NCBI GenBank assembly: GCA_965243025.1
Contig: CBDETY010000003.1
Coordinates: forward strand, 2,720,001 to 2,784,000
Source: Candidatus Latescibacterota bacterium
GTDB lineage: Bacteria > Latescibacterota > UBA2968 > UBA8231
Direction: 5' to 3'
Length of the DNA: 64,000 bases
Shown in pieces: positions 40,229 through 50,097 of this stretch (position 1 is the stretch's first letter; each line of letters starts with the position of its first letter). The translations under genes were made by a program, and so were the position numbers. The notes beneath the pieces are model-generated. The model did not search any database. It had not been told where the DNA came from and worked only from the letters and a program-made list of their open reading frames with translations.

Positions 40229-41091
40229 GCCCCGGTCTCCGCGGTGAGGCCATCCCCGGCGCGCGGATCGAGGAGGTCGCGGAGTCCGTCGCCGAAGAGG
40301 TTGAACCCGAGAGCGACGACGAAGATCGCCAGACCGGGGAATACCATCACCCAGGGCGCCACGATCAGCAGTTCGCGCCCGCTGTTCAACATCGCCCCCC
40401 ATTCGGGGGCCGGGGGCTGGGCTCCCAGTCCGAGAAAGCTGAGCCCGGCCGCGTCGAGGATGGCGGTAGCGAGGCTCAGGCTGCCCTGGACTATCAGGGG
40501 TGCCATGCAGTTCGGCAGGATGGCGCGCAGCACGATGCGCCGGTGCCCCGCTCCCAGAGCCCTCGCCGCCTCGACGTAAGGCATCTGCGCCACCGCGAGA
40601 ACCGTCGCCCGCATCAGGCGCGCGAACTGCGGAACGAGCACGATGCCGACCGCCAGGATCGCGTTGTCGATGCCCGGTCCGATGACGGAGACCACCGCGA
40701 TGGCCAGCAGGATGCTGGGAAAGGCGAGCATCAGGTCGACCACCCTCATCAGGGCGGTGTCGACAGCGCCGCCGAAGTAGCCGGCAGTCACCCCGATCAG
40801 CGTGCCCGAAGTCAGGGCGATGGCGATGCAGACGATCCCGATGCGCAGGGAGATGCGGGCACCGTAGAGGATGCGGCTGAAGATGTCGCGCCCGAACTCG
40901 TCGGTGCCGAGCGGATTCGACAGCGAGGGAGGGGCGAGCCGCTTGTAGAGGTCCTGCTCGAAAGGATCGCTGGGTGCCAGAACCGGCGCCAACAGGGCCG
41001 CGGCAACCAGCCCGGCGACGATCGCGGCTCCGCAGACGGCGAGCGGATGGCGGCGCAGGGACCGCAACGGCGAACGGCTGCTCACCCGCAC
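40225..41091 (-). CDS. Peptide ABC transporter permease (DppC-like); start uncertain
   Basis: LGTDEFGRDIFSR, YVEAARALGA, LSFLGLG.QPP.PEWG, FNLFGDGLRD. Confidence 0.92.
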   Translation of the reverse strand: MRVSSRSPLRSLRRHPLAVCGAAIVAGLVAAALLAPVLAPSDPFEQDLYKRLAPPSLSNPLGTDEFGRDIFSRILYGARISLRIGIVCIAIALTSGTLIGVTAGYFGGAVDTALMRVVDLMLAFPSILLAIAVVSVIGPGIDNAILAVGIVLVPQFARLMRATVLAVAQMPYVEAARALGAGHRRIVLRAILPNCMAPLIVQGSLSLATAILDAAGLSFLGLGAQPPAPEWGAMLNSGRELLIVAPWVMVFPGLAIFVVALGFNLFGDGLRDLLDPRAGDGLTAETGA

Positions 41092-41399
41092 CGGGTCCCG
41101 GAGTTCGGCCGGGACCAGGAGGGCGGCCCCGGGGAAAGCGGAGTCATTTCCGGCATGTTGAGGAGATTTTCTTTCCGTGACGGCGCCGTCGTCCCGGGAG
41201 GACCGTCGCGCCTTGCACGCCAATCAATATAGGGGTTGCCGCCAGGGGCCGGCGGCTGAAGGACAAGACCTGTTTTGCAGGCAAAGTATGCCCGGGGGGT
41301 TACCGGTGAAACGAGTGTGGGTTCAGGAAACATGTTGCCGCAATTCGGCCCCGCTGGTACGGGACAAGCCGGCCTATCAGGGGAAAGAAATCGGATGAG

Positions 41400-43634
41400 C
41401 TAAGCCGGGGTTCGCCGAAACACCACCGCAGCGAGCGGCGGCAGGGTGACCGGCGCCGACCAGTCCAGGCCGTGCCAGGGATGGGGGATCGCTTCCAGCC
41501 CGCTGGGATTCCCGGCGCCGCTGCCCCAGTAGGCCTCGGCGTCGGTGTTGAGCAGCTCCTCGTAACGGCCTGGCAGCGGCAGCCCCAGCCGGTAGTCCCG
41601 GCGTATCGCCGCGGAGAAGTTGAACGCGAACACGAGCTCTCCGTCGGCCGCCTCGTCCGACCGGCGACGGAACGACAGCACGCTGTTGTCGGCGTCGCGG
41701 CAGTCGATCCACTCGAAGCCGCAGGGTTCGGCGTCGAGGCGGTGGAGGGACGGCGACTCCCGGTAGAGGGCATTGAGGTCCCCGGCGAGACGCTGGATTC
41801 CCCGGTGGGGGGCGTGCTCGAGCAGGTGCCAGTCGAGCACCCGGTCGCAGTCCCACTCCGACCACTGGCCGAACTCCCCTCCCATGAACAGCAGCTTCTT
41901 TCCAGGGTGTCCGTACATGAAAGCGAGGAGCAGCCGCAGGTTGGCGAAGCGCTCCCGATCGCTTCCCGGCATGCGCCCCAGCAGCGATCCCTTGCCGTGA
42001 ACGACCTCGTCGTGCGACAGCGGCAGCACGAAGTTCTCGGAACAGGCGTAGAGCATGCCGAAGGTGAGGTCGGACTGGTGACACCTTCGCTCCGCCGGAT
42101 CCCGCGACATGTAGCGCAGGACGTCGTTCATCCAGCCCATGTTCCACTTGTACCCGAACCCGAGCCCCCCTTCGGCGGGGGGCCGCGAAACCCCGGGCCA
42201 GGAGGTCGACTCCTCGGCGACAATCAGGGCTCCGGGAAAGCGCTCCTGAATCGCGCCGTTCATCCGCCTGATGAAATCGATCGCCTCGAGATTCTCCCTG
42301 CCCCCCTCGGCGTTGGGGATCCACTCCCCTTCCCGGCGCGAGTAGTCGCGATAGAGCATCGAGGAAACGGCGTCGACGCGCAGGCCGTCGACGTGATAGC
42401 GGTCGAACCAGAAGCGGGCGTTTGAGACCAGGAAGCTCACGACTTCGCGGCGCCCGAAGTTGAAGATCGAGGTCCCCCAGTCCGGGTGCCGCCCCAGGCG
42501 CGGGTCGGCGTGCTCGTACAGGTGGGTTCCGTCGAAGCGGGCAAGGCCGTGGCCGTCGTCGGGAAAATGGCCCGGCACCCAGTCGATGATGACGCCGATG
42601 CCGCGGCGGTGGCACAGATCGACGAACCAGGCGAAATCCGCCGGCTCTCCGTAACGGGCGGTCGGGGCGAAGTAGCCGGAAACCTGGTATCCCCAGGAGC
42701 CCCCGAAGGGGTGCTCGGCGACCGGCATCAGCTCGAGGTGGGTGTAGCCGAGACCGGCGACGTACTCGACAAGCTCCTGCGCCAGTTCGCGGTACCCGGG
42801 GGTGCGCCCCTTCTCCCCGCCGCGCCAGGAGCCGAGGTGGACCTCGTAAATGGCCAGCGGCTCCCGCAGCCAGTCGCGCTCGCCGCGGCGGCTCATCCAG
42901 TCGGCGTCGCTCCATTCGAAAGCGGTGACGTCGCAGACCACCGACGCGGTGGCCGGCGGCGCCTCGGTCCGGAAGGCGCAGGGGTCGGCCTTGAGCAGGA
43001 GGTCGCCGTCCGCGGTCCTGATCTCGTACTTGTAGACCGCCCCGGCGCCGAGGTGGGGTACGAACAGCTCCCAGATGCCGGAGACGCCGCGGTGGCGCAT
43101 CGGGTGGCGCCTGCCGTCCCAGCCGTTGAAGTCCCCCACGACGCTGACCCGGGAGGCGGCAGGAGCCCAGAGGGCGAACGCCACCCCCCCACAGCCGCAG
43201 AGGGTGCGCTGGTGGGCTCCCAGGAAGCCGTCCGCCTGGAGGTGGGTGCCCTCGTTGAACAGGTACCGGTCGCACTCGCCTGTGAGGAGGGGAAAGGAAT
43301 AGGGGTCCCGCTCTACCGCCACCTCTCCCCCGCCGCCGGTGATCTCGAGCTCGTAGGGGAAAGGGTCGCGCCCGGCGATTTCCGCCTCGAACAGACCTTC
43401 GGCGTGGATGCGCCTGCTCTCGAAGCGGGCGCCGTCGGGGGAGCGGACGGTCACCGCGCGGGCATCGGGCCGGAAGACGCGCACTCCCAGGGCGCCGTCC
43501 GGCCGCGGATGCATCCCGAGAAAGGAGAAGGGGTCGTCGTGCTCGGCGGCGAGCAGAAGCCGTACGTCCGGCGGCCGCTCCCGCTCGCCTGCTTCGCTCC
43601 GTCCGCCGGGGCGCTGGGGACCGCGCGAGGCCAT
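41400..43634 (-). CDS. glgB: 1,4-alpha-glucan branching enzyme
   Basis: YEVHLGSW, WGYQ, DWVPGHF, RVDAVSSM, AEEST, LSHDEVVHGK; start approximate. Confidence 0.95.
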   Translation of the reverse strand: MASRGPQRPGGRSEAGERERPPDVRLLLAAEHDDPFSFLGMHPRPDGALGVRVFRPDARAVTVRSPDGARFESRRIHAEGLFEAEIAGRDPFPYELEITGGGGEVAVERDPYSFPLLTGECDRYLFNEGTHLQADGFLGAHQRTLCGCGGVAFALWAPAASRVSVVGDFNGWDGRRHPMRHRGVSGIWELFVPHLGAGAVYKYEIRTADGDLLLKADPCAFRTEAPPATASVVCDVTAFEWSDADWMSRRGERDWLREPLAIYEVHLGSWRGGEKGRTPGYRELAQELVEYVAGLGYTHLELMPVAEHPFGGSWGYQVSGYFAPTARYGEPADFAWFVDLCHRRGIGVIIDWVPGHFPDDGHGLARFDGTHLYEHADPRLGRHPDWGTSIFNFGRREVVSFLVSNARFWFDRYHVDGLRVDAVSSMLYRDYSRREGEWIPNAEGGRENLEAIDFIRRMNGAIQERFPGALIVAEESTSWPGVSRPPAEGGLGFGYKWNMGWMNDVLRYMSRDPAERRCHQSDLTFGMLYACSENFVLPLSHDEVVHGKGSLLGRMPGSDRERFANLRLLLAFMYGHPGKKLLFMGGEFGQWSEWDCDRVLDWHLLEHAPHRGIQRLAGDLNALYRESPSLHRLDAEPCGFEWIDCRDADNSVLSFRRRSDEAADGELVFAFNFSAAIRRDYRLGLPLPGRYEELLNTDAEAYWGSGAGNPSGLEAIPHPWHGLDWSAPVTLPPLAAVVFRRTPA

Positions 43635-43647
43635 CGGATGGGGTCGG

Positions 43648-44001
43648 TCAGTCGCGGACGGGTGCCGGCTTCCGGGGCTCCGCCGGGGCGCGGTTCCCGC
43701 CGGAGCAGCAGTCGCTCCCGCCTTGGGAGACCGATGTACCGGCCCCACCGGGACGGGGCTGTCCCCCACCTCTGGCGAACAGCGCGATCAGCGACGGTGC
43801 GGCGAGGCCGGCCAGGGCTGCGCCCGCGGCGGTCCAGCCGGCAAGGGAGATGCTGTCCGGAATGATGTGGAGCAGCGCCAGACCAGCCACTGCGACGACG
43901 GCGAATCCGTCGAGGGCGGCCAGCAGCGAGCGCCCCCCGCGGGCGAGCTGGTACAGCAGGGGGCCCGCGGCCACGGCGATCAGCCCGGGAACCAGGAGCA
44001 T
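43648..44001 (-). CDS. Short 3-TM membrane protein, possibly the truncated N-terminus of a metal permease
   Basis: GPLLY...LDGF....GL.LLHIIP pattern then a low-complexity tail; ATG at 44001. Confidence 0.5.
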   Translation of the reverse strand: MLLVPGLIAVAAGPLLYQLARGGRSLLAALDGFAVVAVAGLALLHIIPDSISLAGWTAAGAALAGLAAPSLIALFARGGGQPRPGGAGTSVSQGGSDCCSGGNRAPAEPRKPAPVRD

Positions 44002-44312
44002 CTGCGAGGGTTGGTTATACAACTGGATTACCTGATCGGAATCGGTCAGAGATGAGACGGCTTTGCACTGGGCCGGAAACCGCCGGGATCCCGGGAAACA
44101 GCGAAGGTCAGTTTCCCATCCGCGGCAGCAGACCTCTGCACGTTCCCGCCGGCGCCGTGGCTAATGTACTTGCCCACCTCCCGGCCTGCCATCAGCAGCC
44201 CGTTGACGGACTGCCAGGGATTTGCCGGGCGGGAAACCGGGGTGTTATCATCATTGTCCTGCCCCGCTGCTCCCCCCACCCGTGCCATGCTCCACAAATC
44301 GCCGAACCTGTC

Positions 44313-45638
44313 GTGAAACCTGAACGCCTCGCCGGCTGGGGCAATCACCCCGTCATCGAGGGAGAGAGAAGGAAGGCGCGCTCCCTGCGGGACCTCGTGC
44401 GCCTGGGGCACCGGTCCGAACCGGTTCTGCCGCAGGGGAACTGCCGCAGCTACGGCGACGCCTGCCTGTTCCCCTCGGTGGTGTCGACGCTCAGCCTCGA
44501 CCGCCTGCTGTCGTTCGACCCGGAAACGGGAGTGCTGCGCGCCGAGGCGGGTGTCACCCTCGAGAAGATCATCCGCTTCTCCCTGCCCCTCGGCTGGTTT
44601 CTCCCGGTGACCCCCGGGACCAAGTTCCCCACCCTCGGGGGCTGCATCGCCGCCGACATCCACGGCAAGAACCACCACCGCGACGGCTGCCTGAGCAACT
44701 TCGTCGACGAGCTCGAGATGGCAATCCCCGACGGCACCGTCATCCGCTGCTCCCGGAACGACCACCACGAACTCTTCCGGGCCACCTTCGGCGGCATGGG
44801 TCTCACCGGCTTCGTGTACGCCGCGTCCCTGCGCCTGCGCAAGGTCTCCAGCTCCTTCCTGAGAACCTGCACGGTCAGGGCAGGGAGCCTGGCGGAAACC
44901 TGCAAGATCCTCGTCGACACGCAGGAGGAGTGCCTCTACTCGGTCGCCTGGATCGACTGCCTGTCCCGGCGCCCCGGGCGCGGTCTGGTCTCTCTCGGCA
45001 GGCACGCGGACGCGGCCGAGGTCCGGGGTGATCCGGTGGTCCTGCACCGGCCGTCCCGCCTCGGCCTGCCCCTGCCGCTGCCCGGTCGGTTGGTAAACCG
45101 GCTGACGGGGCGGCTGTTCAACGCGGCCTACTACCGCCGGCAATGGCGCCGCCAGGTCGACGCCCTGACCCACTACGAACCCTTCTTCTACCCCCTCGAC
45201 GCGGTCGGCAACTGGAACCGGGCCTACGGCCGCCGCGGGTTCATCCAGTACCAGTTCGCCGTCCCGTTCGCCGGCGGCGAGGCTGTTCTCGAAGAGTTCA
45301 TCACCCGTCTCGCCGAAGGCAAGCACCCAGTCACCCTGGCCGTGCTGAAGACCTTCGGGCAGGAGGGGGAGGGGCCGCTCTCCTTTCCGCTGCCGGGGTT
45401 CACGCTCGCCCTCGACCTGCCGTTCGGTGACGGCGGCGTGATCGCCGCGCTGCGCGGGCTCACCTCCCTGGTGACGGAGGCCGGGGGAAGGGTCTACCTC
45501 GCCAAGGACGCGGTCCTCGAGCCGGAGCAGTTTCGCCGCATGTACCCGCGGCTCGACGAGTTCCAGCGCGTCAAGCAGCAGTTCGACCCGCACGGGCGGC
45601 TGCGCTCGCTGCAGTCGGACCGCCTGGGGCTGACGTGA
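44313..45638 (+). CDS. FAD-binding oxidoreductase, DprE1-like
   Basis: RSYGDA, PVTPGTKF.TLGG.IAADIHGKNHH, FFYPLD, GFIQYQ, YLAKD. Confidence 0.9.
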   Translation: MKPERLAGWGNHPVIEGERRKARSLRDLVRLGHRSEPVLPQGNCRSYGDACLFPSVVSTLSLDRLLSFDPETGVLRAEAGVTLEKIIRFSLPLGWFLPVTPGTKFPTLGGCIAADIHGKNHHRDGCLSNFVDELEMAIPDGTVIRCSRNDHHELFRATFGGMGLTGFVYAASLRLRKVSSSFLRTCTVRAGSLAETCKILVDTQEECLYSVAWIDCLSRRPGRGLVSLGRHADAAEVRGDPVVLHRPSRLGLPLPLPGRLVNRLTGRLFNAAYYRRQWRRQVDALTHYEPFFYPLDAVGNWNRAYGRRGFIQYQFAVPFAGGEAVLEEFITRLAEGKHPVTLAVLKTFGQEGEGPLSFPLPGFTLALDLPFGDGGVIAALRGLTSLVTEAGGRVYLAKDAVLEPEQFRRMYPRLDEFQRVKQQFDPHGRLRSLQSDRLGLT

Positions 45639-46372
45639 AACGGGCTCTCGTACTCGGCGCGCGCTCCGAGATCGCCCAGGCCCTCGCCCGGCGCCTGGCC
45701 GATGAAGGGTGGAGCCTCGTGCTGGCGGCGCGGCGCGCCGAGGAGCTGCAGCCCCTGGCCAGCGACCTCGAGCTCACCCAGAACTGCGAGGCGACCCTGC
45801 TCGAGTTCGACGCCCTTCAGACCACCCAGCTTCCCGGACTCGCCGCGAGGGTGCGGGAAGCGGCCGGCGAGTTCGACCTCGTCCTTCTCGTGTTCGGCTA
45901 CATGGGAGACCAGGAACGGGTGCGCCGCGACCCCGGGGAGATGGCGCGCACCCTGGAGACCAACTTCACCGCCGCGGCCCTGACTCTCGGCCACCTCGCC
46001 AACTACCTCGAGGAAAGGGGAAGCGGCGGGATCATCGCCGTCACCTCGGTCGCCGGAGACCGGGGGCGCCGGTCGAACTACGTGTACGGCGCCGCCAAGG
46101 GGGGCCTCGGCCTGTTCCTGCAGGGCCTGCGCAACCGGCTGCATCCCGCCGGGGTCCACGTGCTCACGGCAAAGCCGGGATTCGTCGACACGGCGATGAC
46201 CGAAGGGCTGGACGGGCTGTTTCTCGTCGCCTCTCCCGACCGCGTCGCCGGCGACATCCTGCGCGCCTGGAGGAAACGCCGCGACGTCGTCTACACCCCC
46301 TGGTTCTGGCGCTGGATCATGCTCGCGGTGCGCATGCTGCCGGAGCGGATCTTCAAGAAGCTGTCGCTGTAG
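45635..46372 (+). CDS. SDR oxidoreductase, DprE2-like
   Basis: LGARSEIA, SVAGDRGRRSNYVYGAAK, KPGFVDT. Confidence 0.88.
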   Translation: MKRALVLGARSEIAQALARRLADEGWSLVLAARRAEELQPLASDLELTQNCEATLLEFDALQTTQLPGLAARVREAAGEFDLVLLVFGYMGDQERVRRDPGEMARTLETNFTAAALTLGHLANYLEERGSGGIIAVTSVAGDRGRRSNYVYGAAKGGLGLFLQGLRNRLHPAGVHVLTAKPGFVDTAMTEGLDGLFLVASPDRVAGDILRAWRKRRDVVYTPWFWRWIMLAVRMLPERIFKKLSL

Positions 46373-46562
46373 CGCCCCGGGACCCGGACAATCCGCCGCT
46401 ACCGGGTTTCTTCGAGCCGAACCGTAAAAAACCGACCAGAACCAGTTGGCCCACTAAAGAGCCGGGCCGTGTCTCCTGTCCCCCGGCCGGGGCACCGGGG
46501 CGGGCCGGACCGCTCGTCCAGCCGTTCTCAGCCGGCCGGGCGGTTTCTCCCCATCCGGGTTC

Positions 46563-48695
46563 TCAGTCCGACCCCCGCAGCCGCTCGCCGAGGGCGGTAT
46601 AGCGCCTGGCGACCTCGTCGTTGGAAATCGCCCGCCCCAGGGCCCTCCTGCCGCCGACGACGACCAGCAGGGAGCGGGCCCGCGTGATCGCCGTGTACAG
46701 CAGGTTCCGCTGCAGCATCGGGTAATGCTGCGTGGTCAGGGGCAGCACGACGACGGGAAATTCAGATCCCTGGGCGCGGTGAACGCTGACGGCGTACGCC
46801 GGCACGATCTCGTCGAGGGAGTTGGCCCCGTACTCGCACGAGACGCCGCTGTCGAAGCGCACCCGGACCGAGCCTTCCTCCGCGTCGAAAGCGAGGATGC
46901 GCCCGAGGTCGCCGTTGAAGACGGCGCGCTCGTAGTTGTTGCGCACCTGCAGCACCTTGTCGCCGACGCGAAGCTCCCGCTCCCCCTTCCGGCAGACCTT
47001 GCCGCCCGGGTTGAGCCGCTGCTGCAGCAGGCGGTTGAGGTTGATGGCCCCGGTCTCCCCCCGGTACATCGGGCTCAGCACCTGGATGTCGCCGACAGGG
47101 TCGTAGCCGCCGTGGGCGGGCAGGCGGCGGCCGACGAGGTCGGAGATCAGGGCCGCGGCTTCGGGGGGATCCTCCTCCTCGAGGAAGAAGAAGTCGCCGT
47201 CGCGGTTGTTGCTCAGCTCCGGCCAGTCGCCGGCGTTGATGCGGTGGGCGTTGACGACGATGCGGCTGCGCCGCTCCTGGCGGTGGATCTCGGTCAGCAG
47301 CGCAACCGGAACGCGCCCCGAGGAGATGATGTCCCCCATGACGTTCCCCGGCCCCACCGACGGCAGCTGGTCGGCGTCCCCGGCCAGAAGCAGGCGGACC
47401 TGCGGCGACAGGGCGCGCAGCAGGGCGTGCATCAGCGGGACGTCGATCATCGAGGTCTCGTCGACGATGACGGCGTCGGCCTCGACCGGGTCGTTGCGGC
47501 CGCGGCGGAACCTGCCTTCGGCGGGCATGAACTCCAGCAGCCGGTGGATGGTTTTCGCCTCGCGGCCGGTCGCCTCGGCGAGCCGCTTCGCCGCCCGCCC
47601 CGTGGGGGAACAGAGAGCGACCCGCAGACCCGCTTTCTCGAAATGGCGCAGGATCACCCGGGTAACCGTCGTCTTCCCGGTCCCGGGACCGCCGGTCAGA
47701 ACCATCACCTTCTCCCGCAGAGCGGTCTCGACCGCCCGGCGCTGACTGGGACTGAGGTCCAGTTCGGTCGCCGGATCTTCGCCGAACTCCGCCCCGGCCC
47801 CTTCGGTCCGCAGCAGCCGTTCCAGGGACGCGGCGACCTTCACCTCGGAGTGGTAGAGGTACGGCAGGAAGCAGCGCTCCTGGTCGCGGACGATCTGCCG
47901 GTCCTCCTCGAGGGCCTCCAGGGCCGCCGGGAACAGCTCGGCGCCGACCTGAAGGAGCTCGCTCCCCTTCTCGACGACCTCGGCCTGCGGCAGGAACACG
48001 TGCCCCTCCCCGGCCGCCGACTCCAGCAGGTAGCCGATCCCCGCCTGGATCCTCTGCGGGGCGTCGCGCGCGATCCCGAGCTGCGAAGCGACGGCGTCGG
48101 CGGTCACGAACCCGATGCCGTCGATGTCGCGCTGCAGCCGGTAGGGATTCTCGCTGACCTTCGCGATCGCCTCCTGCTCGTATTTCCGGAAGATCTTCAC
48201 CGCCGCCGCCGAACCGACTCCGTGCGACTGCAGGAAGACCATCGCATCCCTCATGCGGCGCTGCCCCGACCATGCCCGCGCCAGCATCCCCGCCCGCTTG
48301 CGGCCCAGTCCCGGCACCTCGAGCAGGCGCCGGGGTTCCCTGTCGAGCACCTCGAGGGTGTCCCGGCCGAATCGGGCGACGATGCGCTCGGCGAACTTCT
48401 TCCCCACTCCTTTGACCAGCCCCGAGGAAAGGAACCGTCGGATCCCCTCCTCGGTGGTGGGAAAGACCGCCCGGCAGGACTCGACCTTGAGCTGCCTGCC
48501 GTACTTCGGATGGTCTTCCCAGGCGCCGGTGACCTCGACGGTCTGCCCCTCGGCGATCCCGGTCATGACCCCGACCACCGTTATCCCCTCGGGAGCTTTC
48601 TTTTCTTCCGTCTCCGGCTCGACCTGGGCGATCGTGTAACCGTTGTCGGGATTGTGGAAGGTGATGCGGCGGACGAGGCCGGTGGCGGTCTGCAT
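46563..48695 (-). CDS. recD2: ATP-dependent RecD2-like helicase
   Basis: HPKYGRQ, HhH region, GGPGTGKT, VDETSM, QLPSVGPG, HRAQGSE, LYTAITR. Confidence 0.93.
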   Translation of the reverse strand: MQTATGLVRRITFHNPDNGYTIAQVEPETEEKKAPEGITVVGVMTGIAEGQTVEVTGAWEDHPKYGRQLKVESCRAVFPTTEEGIRRFLSSGLVKGVGKKFAERIVARFGRDTLEVLDREPRRLLEVPGLGRKRAGMLARAWSGQRRMRDAMVFLQSHGVGSAAAVKIFRKYEQEAIAKVSENPYRLQRDIDGIGFVTADAVASQLGIARDAPQRIQAGIGYLLESAAGEGHVFLPQAEVVEKGSELLQVGAELFPAALEALEEDRQIVRDQERCFLPYLYHSEVKVAASLERLLRTEGAGAEFGEDPATELDLSPSQRRAVETALREKVMVLTGGPGTGKTTVTRVILRHFEKAGLRVALCSPTGRAAKRLAEATGREAKTIHRLLEFMPAEGRFRRGRNDPVEADAVIVDETSMIDVPLMHALLRALSPQVRLLLAGDADQLPSVGPGNVMGDIISSGRVPVALLTEIHRQERRSRIVVNAHRINAGDWPELSNNRDGDFFFLEEEDPPEAAALISDLVGRRLPAHGGYDPVGDIQVLSPMYRGETGAINLNRLLQQRLNPGGKVCRKGERELRVGDKVLQVRNNYERAVFNGDLGRILAFDAEEGSVRVRFDSGVSCEYGANSLDEIVPAYAVSVHRAQGSEFPVVVLPLTTQHYPMLQRNLLYTAITRARSLLVVVGGRRALGRAISNDEVARRYTALGERLRGSD

Positions 48696-48700
48696 GGAGG

Positions 48701-49297
48701 TCAGCCGAAATGGGGCAGGAGGAGGGCGGGCACCAGGGCCCCGAGCAGAATCCCGGCAAGGACCTGCGCGACCGTGTGCGCCCCGAGCCGCAGGCGCGCC
48801 CAGGCGGCGAGCGGGGGGGCGGCGAGCAGGGGCCACAGCCCGGCGCCGCCCGCGGTCATCAGGACGAACACCCCCGCGGCGGCCCCGACCGAGTGAATGC
48901 TGATCTTCCAGAAGCGGTCGACGACGCGGACAGCCGCCGCCGCCACGGTGATCGAGGCGGCGCTCCAGGTGATTACCGGGGCGGCATCCATCGCGGCAAG
49001 AACCAGGAATCCCGCCAGGTAGCAGGCAGTTCCCATCAGGAGGATGCGCTGCCTGAGGAACGGCTCGGGATCGTACACGTCCTCAAGGCCGCGGCGGCGC
49101 AGCAGCACCATGACCGCGCAGGGCAGCAGGGTGAAAAGGAAGAGAGCGGTCCCCAGGGCTTTCCAGTCGGCCTCGCCCGGGCGCAGAATCGCCAGTCCGG
49201 AGAACACCCAGACGGCCATCGCCGCCGGACTGAACAGGTGCGACAGAAACCTGGCGAGCCCGCGCCGCCAGTCGGAACCCCCGGTCATGTCTGTCAT
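48701..49297 (-). CDS. PAP2-superfamily-like membrane protein
   Basis: About six TMs; KISIH and WAR..L.AHT.AQV.AG motifs. Confidence 0.7.
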   Translation of the reverse strand: MTDMTGGSDWRRGLARFLSHLFSPAAMAVWVFSGLAILRPGEADWKALGTALFLFTLLPCAVMVLLRRRGLEDVYDPEPFLRQRILLMGTACYLAGFLVLAAMDAAPVITWSAASITVAAAAVRVVDRFWKISIHSVGAAAGVFVLMTAGGAGLWPLLAAPPLAAWARLRLGAHTVAQVLAGILLGALVPALLLPHFG

Positions 49298-49662
49298 TCC
49301 CGACCCCGGGACCGTGTCGATAAAATGGAGTGGCGGGGGCAGGGGTGCGCCGCGGTCGACCGCGGCGGATAGAGGGAAGAGCCGGGCGAGCCAACCGCGC
49401 GACTGTCGTCGTCGGCGCCGGTCCCGAGCCTGAAAAACCGGGGAGGAGCGGCCGTCGAAGCATCGGCGAACGGGCGATTCTCCTCCTCGCCGGGAGTTAA
49501 AACCGGAACTTGCGGGGGAAGGCACTGTTTCTCCCGCTTCCCGCCGCCGGCGGCCGGCGCTCCGAAGAAATCCGGACAACCGGCAGTCCGCATGCGCCCC
49601 GGATTACAGATCGGCCTGCGGCGGATCTGGCGGTATCTCCGACAGGTCCTCCCGCCCGCTTC

Positions 49663-50097
49663 TCACTTCTCCCACTTCTTGCCGCTCGCATTCGCCCTGG
49701 AGTACTGCTTCCGCTCGGAGCTTTCCGCCCCCTCGAGGACGAAGCCGACAAAGCGCTTCTGCCCCAGCGTCTTCAGGTACTGCAGCAGCGACACTTCCGC
49801 CTCCTTGCGGTCGAGCTTGTACTTGTCGCGCAGCTCCTCGATCATCTGCCCGACCGAGGTGCGGCCGTTGCACATCTGCCAGATATCGGTACCGACCTCA
49901 TCGAGAGTGATGGTGCGCTTCCTGGGGACGTAGAAAAGCTTGGAAAGCAGCCGCACCTTCCAGGAGTCGATGCGGGTGACGGTTATGCGGACCTCGCCGC
50001 TCTCCGTCTTATCCCACTTGAGCAGGTCGTTTCGCGCCGGACGCGAGTTGAGCATCGCCTCGCGCGTCAGCTTCGGTTTCTTGCGGGTGGCAAACAT
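49663..50097 (-). CDS. PqqD-family (RiPP recognition element-like) protein
   Basis: ITLDEVGTDIWQMCNGRTSVGQMIEEL...YLKTL winged-helix pattern. Confidence 0.8.
   Translation of the reverse strand: MFATRKKPKLTREAMLNSRPARNDLLKWDKTESGEVRITVTRIDSWKVRLLSKLFYVPRKRTITLDEVGTDIWQMCNGRTSVGQMIEELRDKYKLDRKEAEVSLLQYLKTLGQKRFVGFVLEGAESSERKQYSRANASGKKWEK

Noticed and set aside
49294-49593. 99-aa minus-strand ORF downstream of the PqqD gene as a RiPP precursor
   Set aside because: No RBS, atypical codon usage and no leader/core pattern; its stop overlapping the next ATG can arise by chance
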